A stretch of DNA of 63,606 nucleotides, filler included, from Collodictyon triciliatum (lineage: Eukaryota), in assembly GCA_043381765.1 (NCBI GenBank). It is 4 parts of 4 records of this genome, joined end to end, with 100 filler letters (N's around TTAATTAATTAA, not from the genome) between each part and the next. Parts side by side here need not be neighbours in the genome. Positions count along the whole stretch, not along the records: positions 1 to 29,491 come from JBHJMP010000004.1; 3 more parts are not named here. One strand, written 5' to 3'. The notes under the pieces are model-generated. The model had not been told where the DNA came from. It searched no databases and saw nothing but the letters and a program-made list of their open reading frames with translations. The position numbers and the translations under genes are program-made. Below, piece by piece: positions 13,382 to 26,000 of this stretch. Position 1 is the first letter of the stretch. Each line of letters starts with the position of its first letter.

Positions 13382-14483
13382 ATAAAAAATTGACGCACCT
13401 TGCAGGGAAATATATTACTGTATTCTATGAGCATTTTGAAGGGGGCAACGCGGGCAATTACTTGCGACTATCAGTTATGTTGAGAATGGAAAGAGATGGT
13501 GGCACGCCCGCAAGAAAATGAATCGAAGTAAGCAACACGTTTGGCCATGCCTTGTGTGTCTTTGGCAGCGGGTAACAGAGAGTGACCCCAGGTCGAGAGG
13601 GTGGCAGGCCGCTGCTTGCAGCGCTACCAGGTAAACTGAGGCTGCGGCGTGCATGCGGTGGTTGGAGTTGCTTAGATTGCGAATGCTTAGGGTCGAAAAG
13701 CGATGGTTACTTTCTTCTGTCGCGCTTCCCACGAAGTGGCACCAGGCCGGTTGATCATTCGGCTGTGGCTTGACAGATTGAATGAGGCGCGCTTCCTTCA
13801 TCCCTCTTTTTATTCCATTAAAATTCAAAAACACACGCCGGATATAGAAATTTTTTGATGACCAAATGAGAAGTTTGCTTGTGGAATTTATATATGAAAT
13901 GATTGTTTCCAAATAATGTACGTTTATATTGGTTTGCGAAAATTGCAGACACCAATCAGTTGAACAATCATTCTAGAATTTAGTCAGTGGTGGGCTTGCT
14001 CTACCTTGCATGTGATGCTTCCAGTATTTGGTAGCGCATTTGCGATGATGTAGATAGACACCTTTCTTCCACAAAAAGCATTCATTTCGCCCCGATTATA
14101 ACGGTCGGTCTCGCGCAACGGCAAGATGGAGGCTGTGACAATCCCATTCGACATTCCGCCCTTAGCCTCGATCCACATTAATCAATAAAAAATGGAAATA
14201 TCACCTTTACCGACCCACAAGCTGATTTCACACTGTCATTCAAGCCTGACCGCAACCACTCCACGGCGATCCGTCCGGCCTGCGCTTCGTGGCACCGCAC
14301 GTCGGATCTCTTGCGAGTTGCATCTGAGTCTCGTCGTCTCCTGCTTCGTGGGCTGAGCCAAAGCGCATCCTATCACGCGGCTCCGTTGTCTTCCTTTTCT
14401 CTTCTTCCTCTTTGATTTTAATTTTTTTTGTTTCATATTTTTGCTCCATGATTCAAACTCCGTCTCCCAGCCAGCTGCTTGGC

Positions 14484-17400
14484 ATGTCAACAAGGCAGAG
14501 CGCCTGCGCAGTGGATCGTTGCGATTGTCTCGGCTTCGATGCAAATCCATTTGTTCCATCAAAGTGCAAATGCCAGCATGCAGAAAAGGACCACAAAGGG
14601 CAAGGAAGCGGGCCTATGTAAAAACTACTTATTTTTTTTTATTTGTGCTTTTATTAATTCAAAGTTCCACAAAAAAAAAAATGAAATGAAATGAAATAAA
14701 ATAAAATCCCAATTAAAAGCACAGAGAATCCATGAAAAGTTCAATATAAATCCAACATAAAATCCCAATAAAAATACAACTAAAATTCAATCAAAATCCC
14801 TATGAATATAATGATGGCCTCACCAACGCAGAAGCGCATCCAATCCACCACCGACACAACCACGCCTGCCCCAAAGCGGACCAGCGCTCTCGCCCGGCAC
14901 AACCCCGGCAGACTCCAATCCATCCCGAAGCCAGCGCTCCATAACCACGCACTCATCAACCCCATCTGCCCCAGTATTGCCGGCCAAACCGGCCGTGGTC
15001 ACACCACGCTTGACCTTCGCTCCAAACCCAACCACAGTTCCAGCAGCCTCTTCATCCGCACCTCCCCAGCCGAAGACCGCACCACCAGTTCCGGCAAAGG
15101 TAGCACCACCCACCAGGACTGGGCGCTCCATCTCCTCCGGACAAGCAGCAGAGTCCCCGCATTCATTGAATCCACAGCCGGACAGAAAGCAATCCCCGCC
15201 CAAATCCCACGCGCAGATTCCGGTCATTCACGAGACACCTGCTGGAGCTGAGCCAAAGTCGCCTGAGTCCACACATTCAAAGCCACAACCGCCGCCTCCT
15301 CCAAGTCCCGGCTCGGCTCGAAAGTTGACCAGTGGGATTTCTTCGTCTGAGGCGATGGAGACGGCTATGTATAGTGCTGTATTATCGCCTGTGTTCTTTG
15401 CAAACGACGAGTTGGCTATTCAGTCGCGACAACGCAAGATCTCGATGGCAAATCCGGTTCGTGCAAGCGTTGCAAATCTACCTCTGGGAAGCATGATACC
15501 AGAGGGCTCGCATCAGACATCCATGCAGAAGAATCGCCTTTCCTTGCACGCATCAGTGGTATTATATCCGCTTCATCTATGTTCCTTACGCTTCGTGTAA
15601 TTTTCGTCTTTTTTTTTCTAATTAAAAGAGAAAAATTGGGGTGTTATGATCCGATAGGATGGGGATATTTCGATTGGCTCGATCATTCGCCATGGCTTAG
15701 TTGCTGCAAGGCTAAATACGGAACATATTGAAGTCATTATGAACTACATTACATCTCTAAAGTCTAAAGATTCTCCTCTTCTTGATCGACATCAATTAAG
15801 GAGCCTGGTTTGTATGGCGTTTGCTTTGCCTAAGCTTTTTCAAGTTTTTTTTTTTCATTTCGCAGCACGCTTTTTGTATACTCATGCCGCTATTTATTTC
15901 TTCGTGAACCGTCCCATCTAGCTACAAATATATTATAAAGTACAAGTACTGGTCGGTCAGCAAGACTTGAATCGTGCATTAATTTTCCTGCAAAGTTTGG
16001 TTCGAATGAAACGTGATTATAGAAGATATGTTACATTCAGTAGGAGCTCTCCTCCAATAAATATATTTTAATATGTAATACGATTCTATTCAGAGAGATA
16101 GCCAATTCAATTTTTATTCTCTTTTCTTTTTCTTAGTTTTTCGACATGTACTTCTAATGACTTTTTTATTTCTTATGCTCATCATCATATGAAGTGGTTC
16201 ATTTTCCTTTCAAAGAAATCAAGCTAATTTTCCTACAATCGGCACGACATAACAGAATCCTCAGAGTCGTACAAAAGAAACAAAATCATACAGGCTCTCT
16301 ACATCGATGAAATTAAATATTTCAAGAAACTCCGTATTGGCTTCAAGGTTGGTCTGCTGTGCATATTTTATCTGCCTATGCCCCACACAGCTAGTTTACC
16401 GACACTTGCAATTCTTCGTCTGCGTCTTTTTTTCTTTTTCTTTTTCTTTTTCTTTTTCTTTTTCTTTTTCTTTTTCTTTTTCTTTTTCTTTTTCTTTTTC
16501 TTTTTCTTTTTCTTTTTCTTTTTCTAAAAAACTATAAAGTCAATATTGCCATATTCATTTAACCAGACTTACTACACCGAATTGATGGTCGTGGCGGGCT
16601 CCAACGTTGGCATCAAGGGACAGCTTCCTACAGCTTCAGATGTTAAGGTTGTGCTTAGTTTTACTGTTTTGATGAATGATTCCTCCATTTTCCTTGTGTT
16701 TAGATCATGTTATGTATAATTCCATGACTGGTCCTCTATAGTAAATAAATGTAATGCCCGACCCCTTAACAATTTTCTGTCTACTTGTCTTTCTTAGTTT
16801 GAAGCTGTGACCCCTTGATAAAGACTACAATTCGTTTGAATTCTGCGCTGTGAAATGGCTAACATATGTCTGATTTTAACACAGGCGATATTTGGAAACT
16901 TTGATATTCTGTATTCTTGTCACCAAGAATTACTGCACTCTTTTGAGGCGATGATGGCCAACTGGCCGTTTTGTGACTGCATGATTGGCAAAATATTCAG
17001 AAGAAGAGTTTGTTTTCATGAAACTAAAATTTTGCTAATTTTTTTTTTAAAAAAAAATTACAATCATATGTATGTATCAAAACACTCAATTCTTTTTAAT
17101 TGCCCATACCATTTGCTTACTACATGGACACTCTAGGCACAGTTCCTTAAATACTATGGAGACTATGTGTCCAATTTCCATTTTTCGTCAGAGACCATAA
17201 AGAGGCTTGGTGAAAACGAAAAATACTGTTCTATCATAAATGTACCTCTTTTTCCTTTTTCCTTTTTTTTTTTTTTGGTGTGGCACATTTATGCTAATCA
17301 AATACCACTCAACTGAAACCTGTCTTGAAGCTTTCTTTGTGTTTATGTATGTTTATGTATGTTTATGTATGTTTATGTATGTTTATGTATGTTTATGTAT

Positions 17401-20400
17401 GTTTATGTATGTTTATGTATGTTTATGTATGTTTATGTATGTTTATGTATGTTTATGTATGTTTATGTATNNNNNNNNNNNNNNNNNNNNNNNNNNNNNN
17501 NNNNNNNNNNNNNNNNNNNNNNNNNNNNNNNNNNNNNNNNNNNNNNNNNNNNNNNNNNNNNNNNNNNNNNTGAAGCTTTCTTTGTGTTTATGTATGTTTA
17601 TGTATGTTTATGTATGTTTATGTATGTTTATGTATGTTTATGTATGTATGTATGTATGTATGTATGTATGTATGTATGTATGTATGTATGTATGTATGTA
17701 TGTATGTATGTATGTATGTATGTATGTATGTATGTATGTATGTATGAGCTATGTTTTCATTTTCATTTGGTATAAGGCTATTGAATCGAAGGGGCATGCT
17801 TTCGAGCTGCAAGCGATTCTTTCTTTCCCACTTAATCGCATCCCCGTCTATGAAAACTCACTGGAGGTTTGCTCGAGATACTTCACATACATGTATTTCA
17901 CACATATTGTCCCTGTATCGCAATATTCCAAAATGAGAGCTGAATTATCCATCACTGAATTTATACACACAAAATCATATTAGAGCATCTTACTTCACAC
18001 TCCGAAGGACCATCCTGACCATAACGACCTCTTTGAGGTTTTGGCTATTGTCAAGCAAACAGTGCCTATCATAAAGGACAAGTTAGAAAACCTATTTCAC
18101 ACCCGACCTTATTTTTTCAAAAGTTATCTGACCCAATTTTATTTGTATTTTTCTTTCCTGTTTCTTGAAATAAAAACAAAAAAAAATCTTTTTTTTAAAT
18201 CGCCTCAATTTTTTTTTATGAATAATCAGGCTTGAGCATTCAGCCGAGCGTTCTGTCATCCTTGAAATATATCGACGCCTTCAGAAAAGCCATGTGAAGT
18301 TTTTTTTTTAAAAAAAACAACAACAACAACAACAAACACTTAAAAAAAATCGACATTAAAAGCTCCACTTTTTGGTAATGAAAAGAACCAATGTAGTCAC
18401 TTTTATTATATGAAGGGATATTATCTCCGATATGATCGTTCAGAACGCTCGTCATTTTCAATTAACTAAAAGCTGTTTTACATGTGTAGGGCGTACTTTC
18501 TGAAAAGTCCAAATTTATTCGCGAGGGTGACTGCCATGAGGTTAAGCCAAAGGTCGGCCCTCGAACTCTCTTTCTCTTTAACGATCGGCTGGTGATATCA
18601 AAGCCACAACCTCGTGGATACTGCAAGTATGATTAATACAGTTTGGTGAATGGCTTTATCTTTCGCAAATGGAAAGCAAGAAAATAAATTTTTAAAAAAA
18701 AGTGTGGGGATGGGCTCGACTCACATATATACTCATTCTTTAATATTTTCCTTCATATTTATGAAGGTTTCGTCAATCTGCTCTGATAGCTAATATTAAA
18801 GCGAGAGATATCCCGGATAGCAATCGTTAGTACTTCTTTCTAGAAACTTATACTATATGAATTCAATATATGTATATTTCGTACCCTGCTCTGTAACCCA
18901 TCTTTTCCTCATAAAATAGTAAATTATAAAGAATAATGAATTTTAGAAGGGGGTTTCTTGAAATTTGCTTCTTCAAATCATAGTTGGGAAGAACTTGATT
19001 GAGATGACGGGAGCAGAGAGTGAAGTGCTTTCGTTTTCTACATCTGAAGAAAAGAGGTCTTGGCTCTCAAACTTTGAGACTCTTGCTCGAGAACTTGCTG
19101 ATTCAAGAGGTATTAGCACCCATTTTCAGATTGCATTTGTGAAACGCTCTCTACTTTTTAAAAGAGTCTTTCTTGTGAAGTCTAAATCAATCTAAACAAC
19201 TTTTTATTCTGTTCTTTTTTAATTGGAATATCACTATGTGCTTCCAGTATTTGGTTCGAGCTTAGATTCCTTACTAAAGCGAGAGCCTGGAGTGAAGATT
19301 CCCAAAGTCCTCACCAGCCATATTGAATTTATTCGAAAAACTGGTCCACTATTTTTTTCATAAAGCCCTATTTTCTTTTCTTCTTTTCTTTTCTTTTCTT
19401 TTCTTTTCTTTTCTTTTCTTTTCTTTTCTTTTCTTTTCTTTTCTTTTCTTTTCTTTTCTTTTCTTTTCTTTTCTTTTTACTTTTTTTTTTACCTTTTTTA
19501 AATTGTTTTTTTTATTTGTTTAGGTGTAATTTTTTGACCTCATCTGTTCATACCTCCTTTTCATTAAAAGGTTACGTTAGAATTTTTATTTTCATTAATT
19601 ATGTGCTTCTGTTTTATATTCAGGTATGGATTCTGTCGGGATATTTCGGCTTTCTGGCGACATGGTTGTAGTCGGGGAAATCAGGCGGCTGTGGGATGAG
19701 GGTATGTGTTTCAATCTAAGCGGAAGCACAGGCGATGTTTTTAACCCTATCTTTTTTTTTAAAAAAAAAAACTTCACAGAGGTGTAAACATGTATTATAA
19801 TCATTTTTATCCACTCAATCTTAAAATTGATAGAATATCTTTACAAAAAAAAACTGTGAATATTAAAAGAAAAAGAATGTTCTTTTCGTTGTGAAATAAT
19901 AAGACCAAATATCACAGGAGCGGAGGTTGATTTCGAGCAATATGATGTGAACGCGGTTGCATCGTCGATTAAATTATGGTTTCGAATGCTGCCTGAGCCA
20001 GTTTTTACATTCGGTCTGTATGAAATATTGTGCGGATTCGGGGGTTTGTACCTTTTTCTTTTCCAATATTTATTTTACATCGTGATTACGAATTAATCTT
20101 TAGTGTTAATAATAAGTATAATAATTTTGAACTTTTTGAATTCTACATCACTATCAACAGAGCATAAATTGAAGGGTTTGCTGTAATAATAATAATAACA
20201 ATAATTGTTATTATTATTACTATTATTATTATAAACTGAAAGCCATGGATTATTGAGAACTCATTTCGGTGTATTAGATGTCAAAAAACTAGATGGCGAA
20301 AGACTCGCATACCTTCGGCCTATCATCGAAAAGATTCCGCCAGCAAACTACGAAATTATCAAATATCTGTTTACATTCCTGGAAGAGTGCGCACTCTACT

Positions 20401-20819
20401 TCAAAATTAAAAATATATTTGTTTATCTTCCTTTTACTCTTGCAGATTATTTTTCTTCGTTTTGCTGTATTTTTTTTTATTCTTATGATTAATTCTAGGA
20501 TACTGTTATATTTTGCAGGTTATCCCATTTATCGGCAACCAACAGAATGGATTCGGCCAATCTGGTATGTATTGAACTACTACTCTATATGTAATCAGAT
20601 TGCAATAATATCTGCAGGCCAGTTGACATCGAGGGTACAGTATTCCAAACATCATAATGAAGAATAATCACACTATGCATTCTTGCACAGAGCACTGTCT
20701 TTGGACCGAACCTGATCAAGCCCAAGGAAGTGACCATCGAAAACGCACTCGACATCCCCCGTGTAAACGAAACCATCTGCTTCATGATTGAAAACCGGGC
20801 CAAGGTCTTTACAAAATGA
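14484..20819 (+). CDS. RhoGEF(DH)-PH-RhoGAP protein with N-terminal Cys/His motif, Pro-rich region and IQ-like motif; multi-exon
   Basis: Exon 1 MSTRQSACAVDRCDCLGFDANPFVPSKCKCQHAEKDH. DH motifs AIFGNFDILYSCHQELL, FLKYYGDYVSNF, HTPKDHPDHNDL. PH motifs FIREG..RTLFLFNDRLVI and EEKRSWL. GAP motifs VFGSSL, GIFRLSG, AVASSIKLWFRMLPEPVF, NRMDSANLSTVFGPNLI. TGA at 20817-20819. Confidence 0.88.
16431..16524. repeat. (TTTTTC)n intronic microsatellite
   Basis: Perfect hexamer run. Confidence 0.95.
17338..17746. repeat. (GTTTATGTAT)n/(TATG)n intronic repeat spanning a 100-N gap
   Basis: 10-mer array, then 4-mer array; N gap at 17471-17570. Confidence 0.95.
19371..19473. repeat. (TTTTC)n intronic microsatellite
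   Basis: Pentamer run. Confidence 0.95.
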
Positions 20820-21409
20820 GCACCCTTACAAAGTGATGTTTTATGAGCAACGGCAAAACACAAACAAAAAAAAAAGAAGTAAAGAAAGAGCAGAAACAAA
20901 AGCAAGAAATAGCGTACCAAGATTAATAAAGCTTTACTTTATCCTTTGTCACCATTAGAACAAAACAAAATGAAATGCAAACGAAAAAAAAGAAAACCAA
21001 AGAATATAAGAGATACTGTGAATGTGTGAGATACTTCCCTTGTAAAACGAATTTTACCCTCATCAGGAAAAAATACGAAACTTTATACAAAAAAGGGCAC
21101 AGTAAAGATAAAAAGACAGCAAAGGCATGAGTCACCCGTTCGAAAATGTGTTGAACCAAACAATCATCACGAATCAACCCCAAAATCATTTTAACACACT
21201 GGCATGATCAAAAAGAAAGAAAAAAAAAAGCAGCACTCACAAATCACAAATCACAAACCACACAATTTGAGCCTATTCATCCAATCTTCCCGCTCTTCCA
21301 CACAAAGACAGCACACAACTCCCAGTCACAACAAAAACAAAACCAACAGGAAAAAGAAAAAGAAAAGGAGAAAGACTAACCGACTCAGCTACTTAACCAA
21401 CCTGAACCA

Positions 21410-21620
21410 AGAAGAAAAGAAAGAAGAAAAAGAAGAAAAAGAAGAAAAAGAAGAAAAAGAAGAAAAAGAAGAAAAAGAAAAAAAAGAAAAAAAAAGAAAA
21501 GAAAAAAAAAAGAAAAAGATAAAAAAGATAAAAAAAGAAAAAAAGAAAAAAAGAAAAAAAGAAAAAAGAAAAAAAAAGAAAAAGGAAGGAAGGAAGCAAA
21601 GAAAGAAAGAAAAAAACAAA
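21410..21620. repeat. Purine-rich (AAGAAGAAA)n / A-rich low-complexity tract
   Basis: Directly visible upstream of the glycosyltransferase gene. Confidence 0.9.
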
Positions 21621-21657
21621 GAAACCCCTTCAGCAAGGAGCAAGAAAAGAGGACGCC

Positions 21658-22731
21658 ATGGCGACAACCCAGAGAGGACACCCGCTGCGCCTCGCAAGGC
21701 TGCTTGTGGCTGCACTGTTCACGTGGGCGGCACTCGGGAGGACCGCGACCGAGGCGGGAGTGCGGCGGAACGGGAGCGCGCTGCACGAGGCAGTTGCGCG
21801 GCACGCGGGGCAGCGGAGCGCGGAGGGGCAGTTCCAGCTTGTGCTGAAGATCCTGACGTTCGACCGGTCGTCGTCGCTGCTGCGGCTGCTGACGTCGCTG
21901 CGGTTTGTGGACTACGGCGGGGACGCGGTGGACCTGGACATCTACGTGGACCGGTGCAAGGACAAGGAGGCGCAGGCGAGCGTGCTGGCCATCAGCGACA
22001 ACTTCCACTGGCCGCACGGGCGCAAGACGGTGCACGAGCGGGTGGTGAACGTGGGGGTGATCGGGCAGTGGGTGGAGGGATGGGCGCCCGGCGGGCCCGG
22101 CGAGTACGCGCTCTTCCTGGAGGACGACATGGAGGTCTCGCCGCTCTTCTACCGCTGGCTCAAGGTGGCCGTGCGCAGGTACTCGCAGCCGCTCCACCCG
22201 CAGCTGGGCCGCCTCTTTGGCATCTCGCTGCAGCGCCCCATGATTGTGGCCGGCATGCATCCGCCCCTCGGCACGCTGCCCCCCGACACCGCAAACACCC
22301 CCTTCGCCTACCAGCTGACCGGCACCTGGGGCCAGCTCTTCTTCCCCGGCCCCTGGCGCCAGTTCCGCGCATGGTTCCGCCAGAAGCGCCTCGACCCCGC
22401 CTTCGAGCCCCTCGTCGACGGCCTCATCAACACCGAGTGGTACAAGAAGGCCAAGAACAACGCCTGGGAGCAGTGGGTCATCCGCTGGGCCCACGACCAC
22501 GGCCGCTTCTGCCTCTACGCAAACTTTGCCCAGCTCAGCTGCATGGCCACAAACCATCGCGAGCTCGGAAACAACTACCACACCCGCATGGGCAAGGACT
22601 GCAACGTCATCCGCAAGCCCATCCCTTCCATCGCCCTCTTCCGCGACATCCCGGACTTCTTCAACTTCTCTGTCCTCCCTGCAGAGCTCCATCGCTACGC
22701 CCCGCTGCCGCCGCCCCCGAAGTGGGCCTGA
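21658..22731 (+). CDS. GT-A fold glycosyltransferase (GT2-like), single exon, N-terminal signal anchor
   Basis: 357-aa ORF with ILTFDRSSSLLRLLTSL, DLDIYVD, WPHGRK, YALFLEDDMEVSP, FGISLQR and YQLTGTWGQLFFP; very strong G/C bias at third codon positions in this frame. Confidence 0.85.
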   Translation: MATTQRGHPLRLARLLVAALFTWAALGRTATEAGVRRNGSALHEAVARHAGQRSAEGQFQLVLKILTFDRSSSLLRLLTSLRFVDYGGDAVDLDIYVDRCKDKEAQASVLAISDNFHWPHGRKTVHERVVNVGVIGQWVEGWAPGGPGEYALFLEDDMEVSPLFYRWLKVAVRRYSQPLHPQLGRLFGISLQRPMIVAGMHPPLGTLPPDTANTPFAYQLTGTWGQLFFPGPWRQFRAWFRQKRLDPAFEPLVDGLINTEWYKKAKNNAWEQWVIRWAHDHGRFCLYANFAQLSCMATNHRELGNNYHTRMGKDCNVIRKPIPSIALFRDIPDFFNFSVLPAELHRYAPLPPPPKWA

Positions 22732-22759
22732 GTCTGCCTCCCGCCTCATCCCCTGGGCA

Positions 22760-23012
22760 TCTCTTGTCTTTTTCTCTTGTCTTTTTCTCTTGTCTTTTTC
22801 TCTTTCTTTTTCTCTTGTCTTTTTCTCTTGTCTTTTTCTCTTGTCTTTTTCTCTTGTCTTTTTCTCTTGTCTTTTTCTCTTGTCTTTTTCTCTTGTCTTT
22901 TTCTCTCTCTTTTTCTCTTTCTCTTTCTCTCTCTTTTTCTCTCTCTTTTTCTCTCTCTTTTTCTCTCTCTTTTTCTCTCTCTTTTTCTCTCTCTCTCTCT
23001 CTTTTTTTTTTT
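22760..23012. repeat. Pyrimidine-rich (TCTTGTCTTTTTC)n/(CT)n tract between convergent genes
   Basis: 13-mer tandem array grading into CT repeats. Confidence 0.9.
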
Positions 23013-23071
23013 ATTTTACATCAAAATATGCTCCGAACAGTCTCCTGCCCTTGCTCTCTCTCGGCGGCAAG

Positions 23072-26000
23072 TCATCGCTCCCTGCTCATTATCTCCAAAC
23101 ACGCGTCCACCGTTCGCACTCGATGCTCGCAGCACAGAGACTCGAATCGGTCTCGTGCGTGGACGAGTAACTCCCTTGCGCTGAGGGAATCTGTAGTTCC
23201 GAGGAGGCCTGAATAAAGCATCGCCTCTGCTGTCTCGAAAGGCATTCCGAGTCGTTCTGCTTCGTGCTGTGCCTTGCGTAGGTGGCGGCGGGTGCGGGTG
23301 CCGTGGAGAAGGCGCGTCGCCTCTTGCATGAAGCGTATGCGGGCCTCGAAGATGCGGTGCTGTGGAGAAGCTGCTCGGAAAGACCGGCTCAGTTCGCAAG
23401 AGCGTTCATGCGCATGAGCAAAAATCGTGTCTAAATCTCTCATCGTCTGGCTCAGGTTGATGTCTTCGACTGCTGCTGCTGCTGCTGGTTATGATTGTGG
23501 TTTGTGGTTTCAATACGAGGTGGGATGACTTTATCTAATCTAGCCTCTACATTATCTCTTTTAACCTTTACATGAAGTCACTCTTTTTTTTTCTTTTTTT
23601 CTTCTTCTTCTATTTGTTGGAATTCAAACGTGGCCAGTCCGAGTAGAGGTAAGCCAGTCGGCCTAAAGCGTTTGTGTATGAGGCGGTGTGGACGCCTGAC
23701 GCAGCCAGCTTCTTGTGTCTCTGGGTAAAGCAGTATTGCCGCACTTCGAGAATCGTGTCCATGTAGATTCCAAATGAGCGTATGTATGATATATTGAGAC
23801 CATACTATTGTAGTTGCAACGTCTTATTCCACCAACAAAAATACACCAACAAAAAAATATTCAAATACGCATAAATATATTTACATTTTTGAGATAATAG
23901 GTGTTCCACAAATATATTAAATAGCGGGTTGTGTAAGGCTGGTCTCATGACTCTTTTTTTCTTTTCTTTCGAGTTAGACTATGATTGGTACACTACTTTC
24001 TGGTTACTCAGGTGGGTATGAGCTTCCCATAAAAGCTCCATGGTTTTACTCATGTTTTTTTCCTGGAGATGCAAGGTTGCCACCGATGACAGAAAAGCCA
24101 AGTAAAGAGACGTATCGGATTGCATTCCACGGTAGTCTATTATCAAATATTTAGATTTTAAAATCGAAATTTTGTGTCTAAATCCAATAAAAAAATTTTC
24201 CTTTTTTCCTTTTTTCCTTTTTTTCCTTTTTTTCCTTTTTTTCCTTTTTTTCCTTTTTTTCCTTTTTTTCCTTTTTTTCCTTTTTTTCCTTTTTTTCTTT
24301 TTCTTTTCCCCATAAAAGAAACATCCAGAAGTCAAGCATAGAGGTATTCGTAAAATGATATAATTCTGTTTTCTTCTTTTTTTTTAAGTCACGATGTGTT
24401 ACAACTTTTTTTTCCCTTTATTCGATTCAACGATGTGTTACAACTTAAAAACTGTTCGAATAACCTTACCAACTCTTCCAAGTATCTCTCGTGCCTCGTG
24501 AAATCGACCGAGTCGGATTGTTGCCAATACCTGCACCCCAATAGCAGCAACCTCCAGAAACCGTGTCTCTTTCTTCCGAGCTATGTCTGCTCACATTCAA
24601 ATCCAAGAATAAAAAAGGTATGAAGTTTCAACGAATGCAAATATTAGAATACTTTTTCATAAGTGGAAAAAGACTTTGTTTTTTGTTTTTTTTAATATTA
24701 ATACCAATAGCTTTTTTTTAAAAAAAAAACAATATATAACCCCGAATTAAGGGATGAAAATAATTAGCCAACATACATTTCCTTTAAAGAATTATAATGA
24801 ACATATACCCTCCAGATTGCGGGCAACTCGGAAGCACAGTTTATAATCTGAAGTGTAATACAAAAGCCCTGATATCGACGACAAGGCTGGCTCGATTGAA
24901 ACCATCATTCTGAAAAAAATTAATTGTTCTTAAAAAAATTTTTTTATTTCGCACTGACTATGCGTGGTCTATTAAAATCACATAAAAAATGAAAGCGAAG
25001 AAGCAAACATAATCGATACCATCGAAAATAGAAATATTTACAACAAATGGGAGACCAGCAATATAAAAAATAGTTTTGGGCAAGTCTTACTCAAAAAAAA
25101 AAGGGGGGTTTAGAATTTCGTGTACCTCTCTCCATATTCTTCTGGCTTGGAATGGATAAATCCAAAATCATCAAATGCCTCTTTAAATTGTCCCTTCATT
25201 GAATGTATGATGAATGAAGCACGAACTCTCAAAAACAGCCCATCGTGGTCATGCATTTCGTTCAAGCGACTGATTTGAAATGACGAAAAATACATAATTC
25301 CAAAGTATATCAGATAATCTCGTAATTTGACCATGGAAATCAAGCAATCAAACGAAAGTTGTTTATCTTAACGAAACGTATTTTTATTTTTATTTTTATT
25401 ATTAAAGCAAGCTAGGTAGAAACATGGGAATATAATTACGTGATTGCCGCTTGCTGATAAACGTCACTCCAATAGCTCATTCCCATGTTTTCAAAGACAA
25501 CCGCGGCAAAAATTAGTCCCTGGCAAACTTGAATTTTCATGCCAAGAGGGGTTGCTATTTGAATCATTGCAAAGCATACTAAATTTTTGTTTATTAGAGA
25601 TGAGGGAGAAATGAAAATATTCACAACCACACCTAAAAAAAATTATAGGATTTCAGCATCATAATTCTCTATTCAAACTCAAAAACCTTTTAAAAGCGAG
25701 TGATTATTGTATTTTCCACTGAAAAACACGGTCTAAGACGTGTAAAGGTAAATTTGAAGAGTTTGCATAATAGCACCGTACTAATAGAAGTAACCAATTC
25801 AAGCCTTTATCATTTAGCCATTCAAAGTTTTACATGAAGGAAAGAGTCTTCGCATCAAGACTTACTGTTGAGAGTTGGCTCAATATCTTGGCTACCTCTT
25901 GTCTGGAATGGCCAACATCATCCGTCGAAAAATCGTGCTCGTAGGAAAAATCCATATGTGGGACCAACGTAAAATGCATCAGCTAGATAAATAGAAACCA

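Noticed and set aside
12900-14400. Moderately GC-rich patches with splice-like signals between the LRR receptor and the RhoGEF gene
   Set aside because: No consistent exon chain or recognisable protein could be built on either strand
17326-17600. Direct repeat tgaagctttctttgtgtttatgtatg on both sides of the N gap
   Set aside because: Most likely overlapping contig ends around a collapsed repeat (assembly artefact), not a TSD
21204-23216. 670-aa plus-strand and 454-aa minus-strand ORFs overlapping the glycosyltransferase
   Set aside because: Shadow frames created by high GC content and stop-free flanking repeats; only the 21658-22731 frame has family motifs and codon bias
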